Assembly (NCBI GenBank): GCA_023515725.1
Contig: JALDTO010000181.1
Location: 62,001 to 126,000 of the forward strand
Source: Amoeboaphelidium protococcarum X5
Lineage: Eukaryota > Fungi > Aphelidiomycota
Direction: 5' to 3'
DNA length: 64,000 nt
The position numbers were made by a program, and so were the translations under genes. Shown one piece after another: positions 26,344 to 39,526 of the stretch. The notes beneath the pieces are model-generated. The model did not search any database, was not told the DNA's origin, and saw only the letters and a list, made by a program, of their open reading frames with translations. Positions within the stretch are counted from its first letter, which is position 1. Each line of letters starts with the position of its first letter.

Positions 26344-29300
26344 TCATTAATCTACCATGTCAATCACTTCTATTCCATTCCCCACCACTGCGCATAGCTA
26401 GGTTGATCCGAAAGCGAACGAGGCAATGTCGTTATTTTAACAGACATGAGATGCGACGAGTGACAATACATTATCGTTCTATTACCATTTCCACAATGAC
26501 ATAACGTTATCACTAGCAATAGACGCAAATTTCACAACTTACTCAGCATGATTCAGAACTGCGATGGATTAGATGTTGGACGAATGCGCATGGCGTTTAG
26601 TGTGAAGTACCTAAAGGTGTAATTGTACCAAATCTATAGATGATACAACTATGCTACCATCAACTCCACCACTGATAATGATCAAAGAACCGTCTTCAGA
26701 TTATGATCTAACGGCGCAAAATGCTTTCATCCCACACTTATGAACTCTGATTGATTCAACACGGACAGAAATTTCTATATCTTATACAGTTTGTAGATCA
26801 AACGATGTTTAATCTTGATTTACTCGAGTATGTATGGTGTTAAGTCGAAACTCTTGCCTTTAATCAATTACTTTACGGTCTGATTTGAACATGGATCTAG
26901 TTATATTGTCAATGTTAAGACATTCGTAAACCAAAAGCTACCCGTCGTTGCACCCAATTAAGCATATGTATCTCTCGTCATTTTTTATCAGTTAAACCGA
27001 GAGCAGACAGCTGTTACTAACATTCTTTGCAGATATAGGAATAAATAGATTTTGGATAGTATCAAAAAGCCATAATACAAGATACGAGTTTGAATACACA
27101 GCGCTGATTAAAATCATATCATCGCTTGGACCATGACAGGAATCTATCGCCATAATTCGGACATCTTACAAGCTGAATAAAGGTGGAGCTGAACATAATT
27201 CATAAAACTATGGATGTTCAGCACCAGGTTCGTGCGCATATCGCCAACAAGTGAACTCTTCTCGCGCACCAGCAGCAAACATGTACTATTATCCATCAGT
27301 TCGGTCAGCAGCAAAATTGATTTCATTTATCTACCCTGTATGCTTCTTAATAACTTGAATCTTGCGCAAGAGATTTTCAGCTGCGGAGTACTCAAATATG
27401 TCTAAAGCTCCATCATCATTGCCACATAATAGGTAAAGCCTATCGCTCCCAATGTCGATCTAAAGCAAAGGCAAAACACCAACACAGGTAATTCTATTGC
27501 CACTAAAAGAATCAACAGATTGTCTATCATTCCACCTCAGCTAATCTTAACTTATAAATAATTCAGAGAAATTAATTGAACCATGATGTAAAGAACAGAT
27601 TCGAACAGCAGAATCCGATATTTGGCATGACCAATCTGAACCTCTAGCACAAGAGTGATATAACACTGACTGCCTACTCCTGGCATCAAGCAAATGCAAA
27701 ATATTGCCAGACTTTTCCATTACAAATTTCTGACTCTGGGTGATATGAATGCTCTCCAATTAATTAGAAGACATTGGAGTATGACTGATTAGTTTAAAAT
27801 CTAAATAATTAAGTTCATTGCAAGTCAGCTAAAACATGCCAAAGTATCCATCACGAGCGCTAATGTGAACAATGAACGATCTCCCTTGATCATACCCAGG
27901 CACTATAATGATATGAGTAACCACATCACAATCCACAGTTATTTTATACTATTCCATAGGCGATATCATGATACGCTCTCCAAAATGATCGTTAACACCA
28001 GAATCAAGTAGATAAACTAATAAGTGACCGCCAATCTCACCGCCAACTACAACGTACATTTAGCCACATTTGACAATATCGATGCACTTTATAGACAATG
28101 GTATTTTTAACTAACGAGATTTTTGAGCTAAACTCGGAGGATACTGCAATACTGCTTCAGCTTAAAGTTGAAGAAGATTATTAGAATTATCCATCAGCAG
28201 CTATAACCAAAGCACATCACCATTCAGCCCTCTGTCCGTGTTAGACGAAAATTTCTGCGTCATTAAAAATACATGAAGATGCTGATCCAAGTACTTTATC
28301 ACAATATCTTGAATTACAGACTATTAAGGTGCACGCGTAGAATATACACGTTAAACTTTATCATCGTCACCTTTCAACGTAAATACTTCTAATCTCCCCA
28401 CCTAATTAACACAAGCAATCGCGTAGACAGTAGAACACAAAGAAGTAATACTCAGCTTAGCCTTAGCATTAAATAAATCTACATCTTTATGCAATATAGA
28501 ATACTTTGACGCGTCTTCAGAGATATTACGAACAATGCAGAGGCATCCACATTTGGATATTGCAATGAGACCATCTTCCGTAAAGTGTTGAATCTTGACA
28601 AAAGTCAGACCATCAAAAACAATTGGGTAATTTCTGATCTAGTTATCCTAGTTATCAACATGTTATACCATCACACCTCCGTTATTAGAGCCTGCGATAA
28701 ACTACCTTGCATGTGGGTGATAATCAATACATCTTAAGTTTCCGAGAATTCCACCAGTCGCAAATTTATAAATCGACTATCCTGACTGCATATTCCATAA
28801 TCTACAGCTACCATCTTCACTCGCCGACAGAACATGAGAATCCGCATCATCCATATTATCTAATTCTATCAACTTGACATCCCAAACGCGTCCAGAATGT
28901 CCTTATAATTTAATCACTTGAGATGCTATGAAAGTATTTAAATCCATAGAAAATACAGATACAGTTCTATCATCTGAACAAGTGGCAATTTACAGTATAT
29001 TATCCGTGATATTAGAATCTATACCAAATAAAGCTCCATTATGAACTCTTTATGTGAACAAAATCTCAGACACGGAACTATCATCAGGCAAAGCGTTAAC
29101 AGAGAACCTCCAAATTATCAATTCTCCAGCCATAGTTCCAGCTAAAACATACAATTGTCCATTTTATGAAATGACCTGAGCAGCATATATCATTGACCAC
29201 TTTTCACAGTGTTTAGTGCTTTCAAGACTCATATTTGAATCATCACTATCCTCCTGAACACTTAATCTGAACAGTTATGCAAAGTTTTTAGCATAAACTA

Positions 29301-29693
29301 CTGCAACCATCATCGTATCTTGATCACTTTGACTAAAGCAGTACGCGCACTTTATATAATCTTTTAATGATTTCCTAAATATCAACTTTATTTTACTATC
29401 AGTGCTGAGTATCTGTATTACAGAGAGACAATTCTCAGCATGCACCAGAACTAAATAAGTGCCGTCAATCAAGGACATTCCACAGATGCGCTGATATTGG
29501 AATATTTACATCTAATCAACAACGACGCCATCGATATGCAATCTAACCGTACTTCCCGCACCTACACAATAATCATTATTGATAACATGGTCCTTATCAA
29601 TGAAAAACCATTTAACATACCAGACAAGAACGTGTCATTGTTGTGAAGGTGGAGCACAGACGTGATGGGGAGACACTACGCGACAGATTTCAT
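26344..29693 (-). CDS. WDR6: WD40 protein WDR6/Trm734 (partner of Trm7 for tRNA position-34 2'-O-methylation)
   Basis: join(29621..29693,26344..29561), about 1096 aa, with LPITSV..LSGAG, GTMAGELIIW, ATCSDDRTV, GHSGRVWDV, SASEDGSCRLW, FAAGAREE, DVRIM, AHSS and C-terminal VVGNGIEV. Confidence 0.8.
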
Positions 29694-29886
29694 AGTTTGA
29701 TTTTTGCTTCTAAAACAGAAAAATTGATAAAGCATTTCTTGTGATATAGTAGTAATACGTGATTTACTGGCTGCCAAAGACACTAATATTATTCGTATAC
29801 TTAGCATCTCTACTATTGTATTGTGTATCAATTCTCGATCGATAATACGTTAATTGAAGTCTTCATAATCCACGTGAAAATAGGAG

Positions 29887-30633
29887 ATGCCGCTTATCCA
29901 AGATTATCTGCCGTATTTTGATGTTGATAAACGCGAACCATCTAATCGGAGTCAAGTAAATGTTCTAGCTGTTAGTAATGGCCCTGCTGCAGATGCGTCA
30001 TTTGCGCTTCATCTATCCGTATAACACGCGTTGAAAAGTGGAAACTGTACTCTTGTCAGCTTCTCTCAGACTATACATCACTATCTGTAGATTTAGAAGA
30101 AGCTTGGATATTCGCGACTTGATGATTGTCTTACATTTTGTGATGGCCTGACTTAATTATCATAGCGTAAATTGTCTATGACTGAAAGAAATGATAACGC
30201 GAATTCAGCAGATGGCAATATACACCGGCTCTCAATTGACTAGTGGGAAGAATAAATAATTGATGTATTGAGATAGAAATGTACACAGAATGGTGATTCT
30301 TGGATTGTTATTGATGATCTGAGTGTGTTGGAATGTATCGGTGTGTCATTAGAGAAGATGGCGCGTTTCGTTCATCGTTTACGTGATTATTGTTATAGGC
30401 ATAAAGTGAATTAGCTTATTCATATAAATGGCTTAGTATCACATGATACCTTGCGTCACTATATGATACATGGTGCCGACTATGTGGTTGAATGTTAACC
30501 GTTATCGAGCGGTAAATCTGTAGAAGTTGATGGCTCTGTGGGTTTCTTCTCTCAGTATTCCTCTAAGCAATCGGCAAGGGATATTCTGCACTACAAGGTG
30601 ACTGAATATGGAGTTAAGTTGAGCAATTATTGA
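29887..30633 (+). CDS. ELP6: Elongator complex subunit 6
   Basis: 248 aa with ADASFALHL..LKSG..LVSFSQTIHHY..KKLG, IVIDDLSVL, PLSSGKSVEVDG and LHYKVTEYGVKL. Confidence 0.8.
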
Positions 30634-30796
30634 GTAGAATGTTAACCTGTAAGAGGTAGATTTCTGATAAATAGATTTTATACAATCATCGTCATTCATA
30701 GTTCACACTTCTTACCACAGATCATATCAACATAGCTTAATAAATCCAAGAGCGTACACATTTGGCTTAATAATTTATAGGACAACACTCAACTGA

Positions 30797-31955
30797 TCAG
30801 AAATCTTCATCCAGCGAAAACTTCTTGTCAGACTCTTTATTACTCATCACACCAGCCTTCTAATACTCAGACACACGTTTCTCAAAGAAGTTGGTCTTAC
30901 CCTGAAGAGAGATCAAGTCCATAAAGTCAAATGGGTTATCAACCTTGTAATACTTAGGCAAACCGAGAGCCACCAGTAGACGGTCAGCGACAAACTCAAT
31001 GTAAATCTTCATCAACTTGCTGTTCATTCCAATCAGATTGACAGGCAGAGCTTCAGTCATAAACTCCTTCTCAATTTCAACAGCTTCAACAATAATCTAC
31101 TACGTGGTAGATGAGGAAGGCTTATTACGCAACAGAGAGAATAGCAGACAAGCAAAGTCGGTGTGCAGGCCTTCATCACGACTGATAAGTTCATTACTAA
31201 AAGTCAAACCAGGCATCTTACCACGCTTCTTCAACCAAAAGATGGAGGCAAATGCACCGGAAAAGAAAATACCTTCAACAGCAGCGAAGGCAACCAGACG
31301 TTCACCAAAAGTAGACTTATCATCACTGATCCAGCGCAGAGCCCAGTCAGCCTTCTTACGAATGCAAGGAATGTTCTCAGTGGCATTGAAGAGATAATCA
31401 CGCTGAGCCGGGTCCTTGACGTAAGAGTCAATCAGCAGACTGTACATCTCAGAGTGAATGTTCTCAATCATAATCTGGAATCCATAGAAGCAACGAGCCT
31501 CTGGGATCTAAACTTCCTGACTGAAACGCTCAACCAAATTCTCGTTGACAATTCCGTCGCTGCTGCTGAAAAACGCCAAAATGTGCGAAACGAACCATCT
31601 CTCGTCCTCAGTCAGGCCTTCCCAGTCGTGGATGTCCTTGCTCAGGTCCACCTCTTCAGCAGTCCAGAAACTGGCCTCGGCTTTCTTGTACATTTACCAT
31701 ACCTACATACATGAATAAACTGATAGGCTAATAATCACTAGCCATAATATCATTAAAAAATTTAAAGCATTAAAACACATGACGTAATCTCACCTCATGA
31801 TACTTTATAGGAAACAGCACGAAACGATTAGGGTTTGGAGTCAAGATAGGCTCATCTTGGACACTCATGTTCTTATTATTATTAGTATTGAGAGCAGTCT
31901 TTTACAGTTGAGATGACAACTGTTGCTCTACTGTGTTTGTGTTATCCTGCAGCAT
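30797..31955 (-). CDS. RNR2: Ribonucleotide reductase small subunit
   Basis: join(31794..31955,30797..31702) with [53 protein letters not shown] and C-terminal FSLDEDF. Confidence 0.97.
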
Positions 31956-32394
31956 TATTATTACTGTTGGAATTGACGTTTTCTGTACTGATACGATCAC
32001 TGAAGAAAGAGGGAGAGGCCGCGGCTGTCTAGCGCGATTCATTCGAGCGATTCAACTCGCGATTTCTCTGTTTCAGCGATGAGATTGTTCCGAAACGGGT
32101 GTGATCAACTAAGAGATTGACTACCGATGAACGCGTCTTCATACAATATCCCCTCGGAGGTCAATCTCGCGGAGAAATCGTTTCATATGATTGTAAGTCG
32201 CGACTCTAAAAAGATTGGTGAAGTAATACTGCTCGGTGACGCGTTTTATCGGAAGGATATTCGTATTTTGAATCTGGGACGAAGAAGAAGCGTGTTCAAA
32301 ATTCATTCAGCAACCTCATCAAACAATATATAGAAGGATTACCGCCGAAAATGTATAAACAGAGTCAAGAAATCAAAGTTCAAAAACGGTATAT

Positions 32395-34135
32395 TCATTA
32401 CAGTTTGCCACTGGATGGCTCATAGTCTCCGGCATCTGTGAGCTGATCGATTGCATCGCGTTCATCATTCTCCTCATCGAGGGTGAAGACATTTCGCTGA
32501 TCTTTCTGTGAGTTTGATTGATTACTGATGGGACTTTTTGCAGTATCAGTTTCATCATCAGTGGACGATGCAATCTCATAAATCAAATCACTACTTGCAT
32601 TGCCCGTTCTTTGATTCTGACGTTAGATGACGCGATCATTTATTGGCGATATTGCAGCATCTTCCATCTCTAATGCCTCAGCCGCCTCGTTCGACTCTGG
32701 TAATTCTTCTAATCCATAGCGCGCATTATTAGACGTTGGTCTCCACAGAAAGGCTATGCTGCAGAATGTGAGGAAATACAGCAAATTCATCCAGCCTTCT
32801 TGGTAAAACCAAATGCTTGTCCAGTTCTAAGCAAAGTATTATTCACTCATTGAACTGACAGTGCTCATACTCACAAAAATGAATATAATAACCAACACTG
32901 TAGATGCAATTAGAATCCACTATAACTTCTAATACATACTAATCTTGTAACTCTGCCGGCGACTTCGAAGATGCTTCAAGGTATCATGCATTCCTTTATG
33001 GATCCAAGAGAGCACAGTGGTCATTGAGAAAGACAGCGGAAGTATAACGAGTAGAGCCAGAAGAAAGTCTGCATCACTATCTCTTCGCAGCAGCTAATCT
33101 CCGGTATTATATAACACGAACGAGACAAATAGTGCCACACCCATTATTATACACTTGCGCATCTATGATCCAAGTGTTGGCTTCACCACACCATACCCCA
33201 ACGACAGAATAAGTACACAAAAGAGAGATAGAGAGTTTCTAATTGCATTCAGGAGTACAGTCATAAACAAGAGTCCACGAGAATATCTACCTACTGCATT
33301 CCAATTGTCATAGAATCCAAAATAGAAGGAATTATCAAGCATAAGAATGAACAAGACTCCGGCGATCCAATTCTATACTGGTAGGATATCTTGCCAATAG
33401 TAAGCTGTCGATCCAAACCAAAAGATACTAATTAAAAGATACAAAAGGGATAGAGTACCATAGAACGGCCACAGAGGATATTTTTCACCGACAAGCTTTC
33501 CATACGGCTATTACAGATAAACATCAACATCCACATCATACTTTGGTTCCTAAATTACAGCATATGCAACACAATAATATCCAATCTTATGAATAGGAAA
33601 CACAGCCTTCTCCAAATACACGCCATCTAAAGGAGTCTTCTCAGAACTTGTTTAATTCAAAGTCACCGACTTGGTCTATATTTACGCATACCGATTCTAT
33701 CCACCAACAGGATAAAGAACATCAGTCTCCGGCTAGACTATAAACTAATCAAGCTGCGCTTCGTCACAATACTTTTTAGTCACTCCATCCCGTGTGCAAA
33801 TTGATGCCACTTTAGTCCCATTAGCAAATCCACCGAGAAACTTGTAATCCTAATACTCATAGACTACGAGCGCAACCTTAGATCCGTTAGAGCCGACCAC
33901 ATGTACGTCAAAGAATGCGTCTCTGCCTCGAGGAATACTCTCCTTGGGCCAGAAAGGTTCACACGCAGATCTAAAGGCCATCTACATACAGTCTCAAAGC
34001 ATAGATAGATATTAGAATGATATTCATAACTGAATTCGAGATAAAAGTTACAGGCTCAACTTCAGCTTATACTTGCAAAATCAGAAAGTTGATAACAATA
34101 ATTGAAATACAACATATGAGAAATATCATCTTCAT
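32395..34135 (-). CDS. PTM1/TMEM87 (lung seven-TM receptor family) Golgi protein
   Basis: join(34052..34135,32395..33981). Signal peptide, DILPVQNWI, LNAIRNSLSLF..LSLGYGVVKPTLG and FLWRPTSNNARYG. Confidence 0.88.
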
Positions 34136-34385
34136 CTTATTATTATCCGTGTAAGCAATAATTTATAGAGTGTGAGTGTTACACAGTACAAAGAATAGAA
34201 AGGGCGGAAAGTATTCAAACGCATCAATAAACGGAGGAACTGAAAGAACAAATCAAGGCTGATCGTAACAGACAGACAAAGAACTGAACTTCAAAGATCA
34301 AACGCATTCAGTCGAAACCGCTCAACAGAATAGCATTGTTTCATAGAAACAGTAATAATAATGTATTAAGCATTCCCATGTATAA

Positions 34386-35442
34386 TCACAACACTGCAGA
34401 CTTTGAAACTTTGACATTAATGCTTTAGTCAGAGTCATCAATGATGAAAAAATCAGTCTCAGAGAACATTCTATCGCTTGACTGACCGCCTTCACCTTGA
34501 ATGATATCAGTCACCGAGTCAAGTCTCATTAAAGCTAGGCCAACGTTGTGGTAAGTCGCGATCAGTTTCCCCAGTGGACGCGATTTAACACCATCCTACC
34601 GATTACTAGCGCGCGCGTATATATTCTTGTACTGAGTTATGCTATAGTTTGCCGCCTTATCGAATACAAATTCATTTCCACTACACCTAATGCTTTTATT
34701 GATAATTAAAGAAGTGGACAATTGCAATTAAATAATACCTTAATAGACTCAATGTGATTGGCATAATCCTCTTGCGGACAACACCGCGGTGATGCGTCCT
34801 GATTACTAGCTCTTACCCAACATAACATCCTTTGTGGTAGTCAATGGCATTCAAAAGATCAAGATTGGACTCTTGAGGTATCAGTTCACCAGGTATAAAC
34901 TCGCTACTTCCCTCAGGAACTCCCAGCTGAAATTTTAGTAACTGGTAATCAAACTCAGAGTTACCATTTGATTGTAACGAACGATCATCAATGAAGAGTG
35001 CGCGATAGCCTAGCCTTACATGACGTGGATCTTTAACCAAACCTTCAAAATCTTGTTATTTCAAATTGTCTTCTTGACTATAATCGACCACTTGGACAAC
35101 TTTGAAGCCAGAGACGTCTTCAAACTAAACGCGAGATCGCAGCTTGTACCTTCTTAAATGCGCCTTCAACTAATCAGAAACACGACTGTCGCATTCAACC
35201 AATAGCTCATTATCACCATTACCATACGCATATACAAATGCATCAAACATCACTCTTCCGGTTGGTGAAAGAAATGCAGAGTACAGCAACCGCTACTACT
35301 CAAGCTTGTTGACGTTTTAAGTTATCAGTCCTTATAAATACGGCTTAGCATCAGGGCCACTTATCCTCAGAACGTGACGATCGGGCACTCTAGCATAGCT
35401 AAACAAACGCCTACTTCCTAGGATTCTAAGCATACTATACAT
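34386..35442 (-). CDS. IBA57: Mitochondrial Fe-S assembly factor IBA57/Caf17 (YgfZ family)
   Basis: join(34739..35442,34386..34680) with GPDAKPYLQGLIT, AFLSPTGRVMFD and [27 protein letters not shown]. Confidence 0.92.
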
Positions 35443-35620
35443 CAATGAGAAGACGGAAAATAAACAAAATAAAAGATCTCAACAGCAGCCAGATTTGGAA
35501 ATTAAAACGGAAAGACTTCTAATGACGACACGCGAAAATTCAATAATGATCAAGTATAAACAACGGAGAAAACACAGAAGCTATAGTATGTGTAAAATAT
35601 TTATATTAATACGAAAGTAA

Positions 35621-36013
35621 TCACTATGCGCGACTAGGCACGGCACCTTGTGGCTGAAGCATCTACTGAGCGCCTTGCTACTGCATTTGATATTCCTACT
35701 CCATGGCCACGATAGCCTGCTCCTATTCCATAGCAATCATCAGAGGTACAACACTGATTATGGCCGATGTGGTAACGATCCATGCGAATTTACTTGCAAA
35801 TTTCAGAAATGTCCTCGATGCTGCCAGAGTCTTGGAGGCAGAGGACTAGATTTACGCACGCGTATGTGGCGGAATGATGTCCTGCAAAGCAATCAGGCGG
35901 TCAACCAGAGTCTCATTAGCAATATCGATATCTACAGAGAGTTCAGATTCCGCGTAATTCGCAGTTTTACCTCCAGTAGAATCGGGCGATCCAACCAATT
36001 TAGCCTTGTTCAT
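35621..36013 (-). CDS. TOM22: Mitochondrial import receptor Tom22
   Basis: 130 aa with NETLVDRLIALQDIIPP and AWIVTTSAIISVVPLMIAMEQEQ; absent from the ORF track because of TAR codons. Confidence 0.88.
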
Positions 36014-36220
36014 TATGTGATAACTTTGATATTTTATTCCAAGCTATTTGCTAAGGAGTGGCAAGCGAATTTTTATAATCACTTACAGAGAGAGTGAGAT
36101 GAGCGACGCTTAAGATTGCGAATGAAAATCGACAAAAAGTCAGAGAACCTTACTTTAACTTGTTTCATTAGCTTCAATCGTCACAGAGACTTCATATACG
36201 ATCTTAATCACACATCAGTA

Positions 36221-36980
36221 TCAGTATCCAATGACTTCCTTGACAAAGACAACAGTCACACGGTTTACAGGAGACATTGGATTAGGTCCACGGATGGCAA
36301 CAAAATTGTTGATCTGAGAACCTGGAATCTTGTATGCAATACGCACACGTGCAGACTCGACTGGCAAGCAGAATTCCTCGGTACGCTTGATAGCATCTTC
36401 ATACGTTGGAACAATCTTGTGAGTACCACAAACCAGAACCAGATGACCAGCTGCAAAGTTGAACGCACCAACCTTGGTACCAGTCAAATCAACAGCGGTA
36501 ATGTCACCTTTCTAGCTGATGGCAGTGGCACTTCCAAAGACAAAGTCTGCGTTATGGCCAGCCTTGGTAGCCTTGGCCTGTTAAGCTGGGTCAGAAGTGG
36601 CCCACACAGCAGGATGCAAGTTGTTCCACTTGGTCTGAGTCTTCAAGTGCTCAACAAATCCAATCTCTTCCAGAGAGGTGGAGTGGACATTAAACACAGA
36701 CTTTCCTTCTGGCACGTAGTTCTTGACAAACTCCAGCGCTTATTCCTTAGTATCACACACCACAACTTTGTACTACAAGTTAATAATCACAATGATAAGA
36801 TGTATGAATGATATGAAAACGATAGGTACATACCTTCTTCTCCTCCAAAGCTTTGACAGTCTTAATTACAACATCTTCAGATGGCAACTTGGCCCACTTG
36901 TCAACCGGTAAAGACTTCAGTTGAGCATCAGTAGCAATCAATTGCTTCAAAGTTTCCTCAGGATGAGCAGTCACAGGCAT
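36221..36980 (-). CDS. LUD/DUF162 (LutC/YkgG-like) domain protein
   Basis: join(36834..36980,36221..36772), 232 aa, with STSLEEIG, GDITAVDLTGTKVG, LVCGTHKIVPTYEDAIKR and VVFVKEVIGY. Confidence 0.8.
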
Positions 36981-38538
36981 AGTGATGATGATATATAATA
37001 AAAATTAAGATATAACAGTGCAATTTAAGAGAGAAGTAGAAAGGGGGTGAAGAAGGGCGCGAAACACAATGCAGCAACCGCTTATGCAGAAATGCTGAAG
37101 TAAGCAACGTAAACAGAATATCGTTGTGAGGATAGCCCGAAACGGTCTCGCCTTCCTTCACAATAGCATTGTTACAAACAAGCTTTCGAGAGAGAGAGAG
37201 CGAGAGCGATTTGTAACAGGATTGTCTATCTCTTTTCGACTCAATAAAACTAAAACGCGTTTCCCTATAAGACTAAGAAGAGGGACTATAATTGAAATAC
37301 ACCTTCCTCGTTGGCCATTAAAGACGTGTGGAAATATTTAAGCTTAGTTCATCCATATCCTCTATGTTGTGTAGAGAGCAAAAGAGAGGGACGAGTTGAG
37401 CTCAATCAATGTGAATCAGCGAGAAACTGCGTGGAATAGTAAATCAGCTTTGTAGAAAAGAAGAACAGTATTCAAAATCTGAGAACGGAGTTGTAATCCA
37501 CGCGTCAAATTAGTCGAGTATGCAAAATTCCAGATGCTTTGAACTTCTGGGGAAATTTTTTCCCTGATGACGAACAAAATTTTCGGAAACTCTCAACCTA
37601 GGATTGTTACGAATCGCCCAAAGAGGAAATGCATCGAAACCCGACCTGCTTAATAGCGAACTTCGTTCCGTTCCGCTCGCGTTGCTCTCTCCTCTTGGTT
37701 CGCAATTGCTTAGCAACAGCGGAAAATCACTGAGTAAAAGCAAAAACTAGATGACCAGCAGATAATAATTAGCGCTCAGCAATAGCAGATAGTGAGTCTG
37801 TAGGAGCGAATTGCCGTCTTGGCATAACAAATTGCGAATCAGCAAGAAAATGTTATTTATCTACAAATAAATACTGTTGGCAGCGTATTGTTGGACTGGT
37901 ACTGGTAAGATTTCGCGATTTGAAACTATACTATCACAATTTAACGAAGACTTTATTTTTAGTTGGCATAAAAGTGCCTATCCTGAAAATTGCCTTCAGG
38001 TTGTATCCTGATGATAAGTCTGTACCGGCACTTAATGGTGGGGCTTTATGGGAATGATGGCTTTACTCATTGCGCGCCAATTCAAAGATGGCATTCATGT
38101 CTCAACCGATCATCTGCCACAACGTCGTTGAGTATGGAAGCGCACCTTGGGCGGCTGGGTAACCTGAAAGAAGACAAGTACGTATCTAAGGTTAACGAAG
38201 CGCATTACGTCATGTCTTACCTGTTCATGAGCTATAATCGCTGGACAGGGTCATTCGCGCGGCCGAGCAGTCTGTGTCGTCTTTGTTTGGGCTTGGCAAT
38301 CGTCTCACCCGTTGCGTGCTGTGGACGGTGCCATACGCATTCGCTATTGCCTGTACATTATCATGAATAATTGCAATGTTTTAAAAAAGATGTATCATCA
38401 GTGAATTGTGTTCTTATATTTTTTAATTAAGGCAGTATCGAATAATATGACAGTACTACGGCTGGACCCCGTTAAAATCCTGTCGACAATCACAATGAGA
38501 TCATTATCTCTCCTCTCAGACAGCTAAAACGCGTCAAA

Positions 38539-39255
38539 ATGACAATAATTGACGCTGCGAATTAAAATCAAATGGATGAAGTGTTTGAAGAATCTGTAGT
38601 TTTATCTGGCAACAATGCTAAACCAAAAATGCATCCACACAAACTGAAGCGCTAGTTATCAGTGTTAAATAGGCATAATGAGCAGGTGGAGTCGCGTCTT
38701 CATGAGCTTTCATCACTTAACAAGCATCTAAACGAAGAGAATGCCAGGATCAAGTATAAATATGCTGAATCTCAGGATAAATTGGATAATTTGTAAGCTA
38801 TGTACGATTAATTAGATTCTGACGCGTCTACCATGAGATAGCGGATATCTAGCCTGGAAAGTCAGATTAAGTCAAATCAAGATGAGTACCATATTGTGGC
38901 TTCGTCAGCTGATAAATTACTGGAATAGATTAAAGATTTATCTGACAAGATATCAAAGTTAGAGTCTATAGTTTCTGATAAAGATTCCTCTATACATTGC
39001 CTGAAGTGTGAACTATAGATTAAGGCTGAGGAAATGCGTCAGAAGGATCAGCGACTCAGAGAGCTTGAAGAATCTCTTGATGGCTTTAAGTAAATTGTAG
39101 AGGCAAAGGACTAAAGATTATTGCAAAATGAATCTGAAAAGGCCAAGCTGTAGTAGGAAAACACGTTATTTATCCGTTACATACGATCACTTTTGACGCG
39201 TATTATGGAGTCTGATGGAGAGGTTTAGAATATATTAAACGCCGTTTAGAAGTGA
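38539..39255 (+). CDS. Hypothetical coiled-coil protein
   Basis: 238-aa heptad-rich E/K/Q/L ORF. The frame stays open upstream to about 37990, so the start is uncertain. Confidence 0.6.
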
Positions 39256-39526
39256 ATTATTTGTACGAAATGGAAGTTAAGAAAATTGATTTATGTTTTG
39301 AATTCATTATAATTACTGTTGGTTAATTAGATAGTAGATTGTCTGTTAGTTGGATGAATAATAGAGAGCTTTGTTTTACTTTCAAGCGACTGCGTTTCGG
39401 CGTTTCGCGTTTCAACCGGAAGCGTTCGGCTTTTACTTCTTTCTTTCCCTCTCCCTTTAAAAGTGCATCGTTTCAACATATACAACTTGACACCACTAAA
39501 TTGAATAGTACCGATAATTTATAGAG

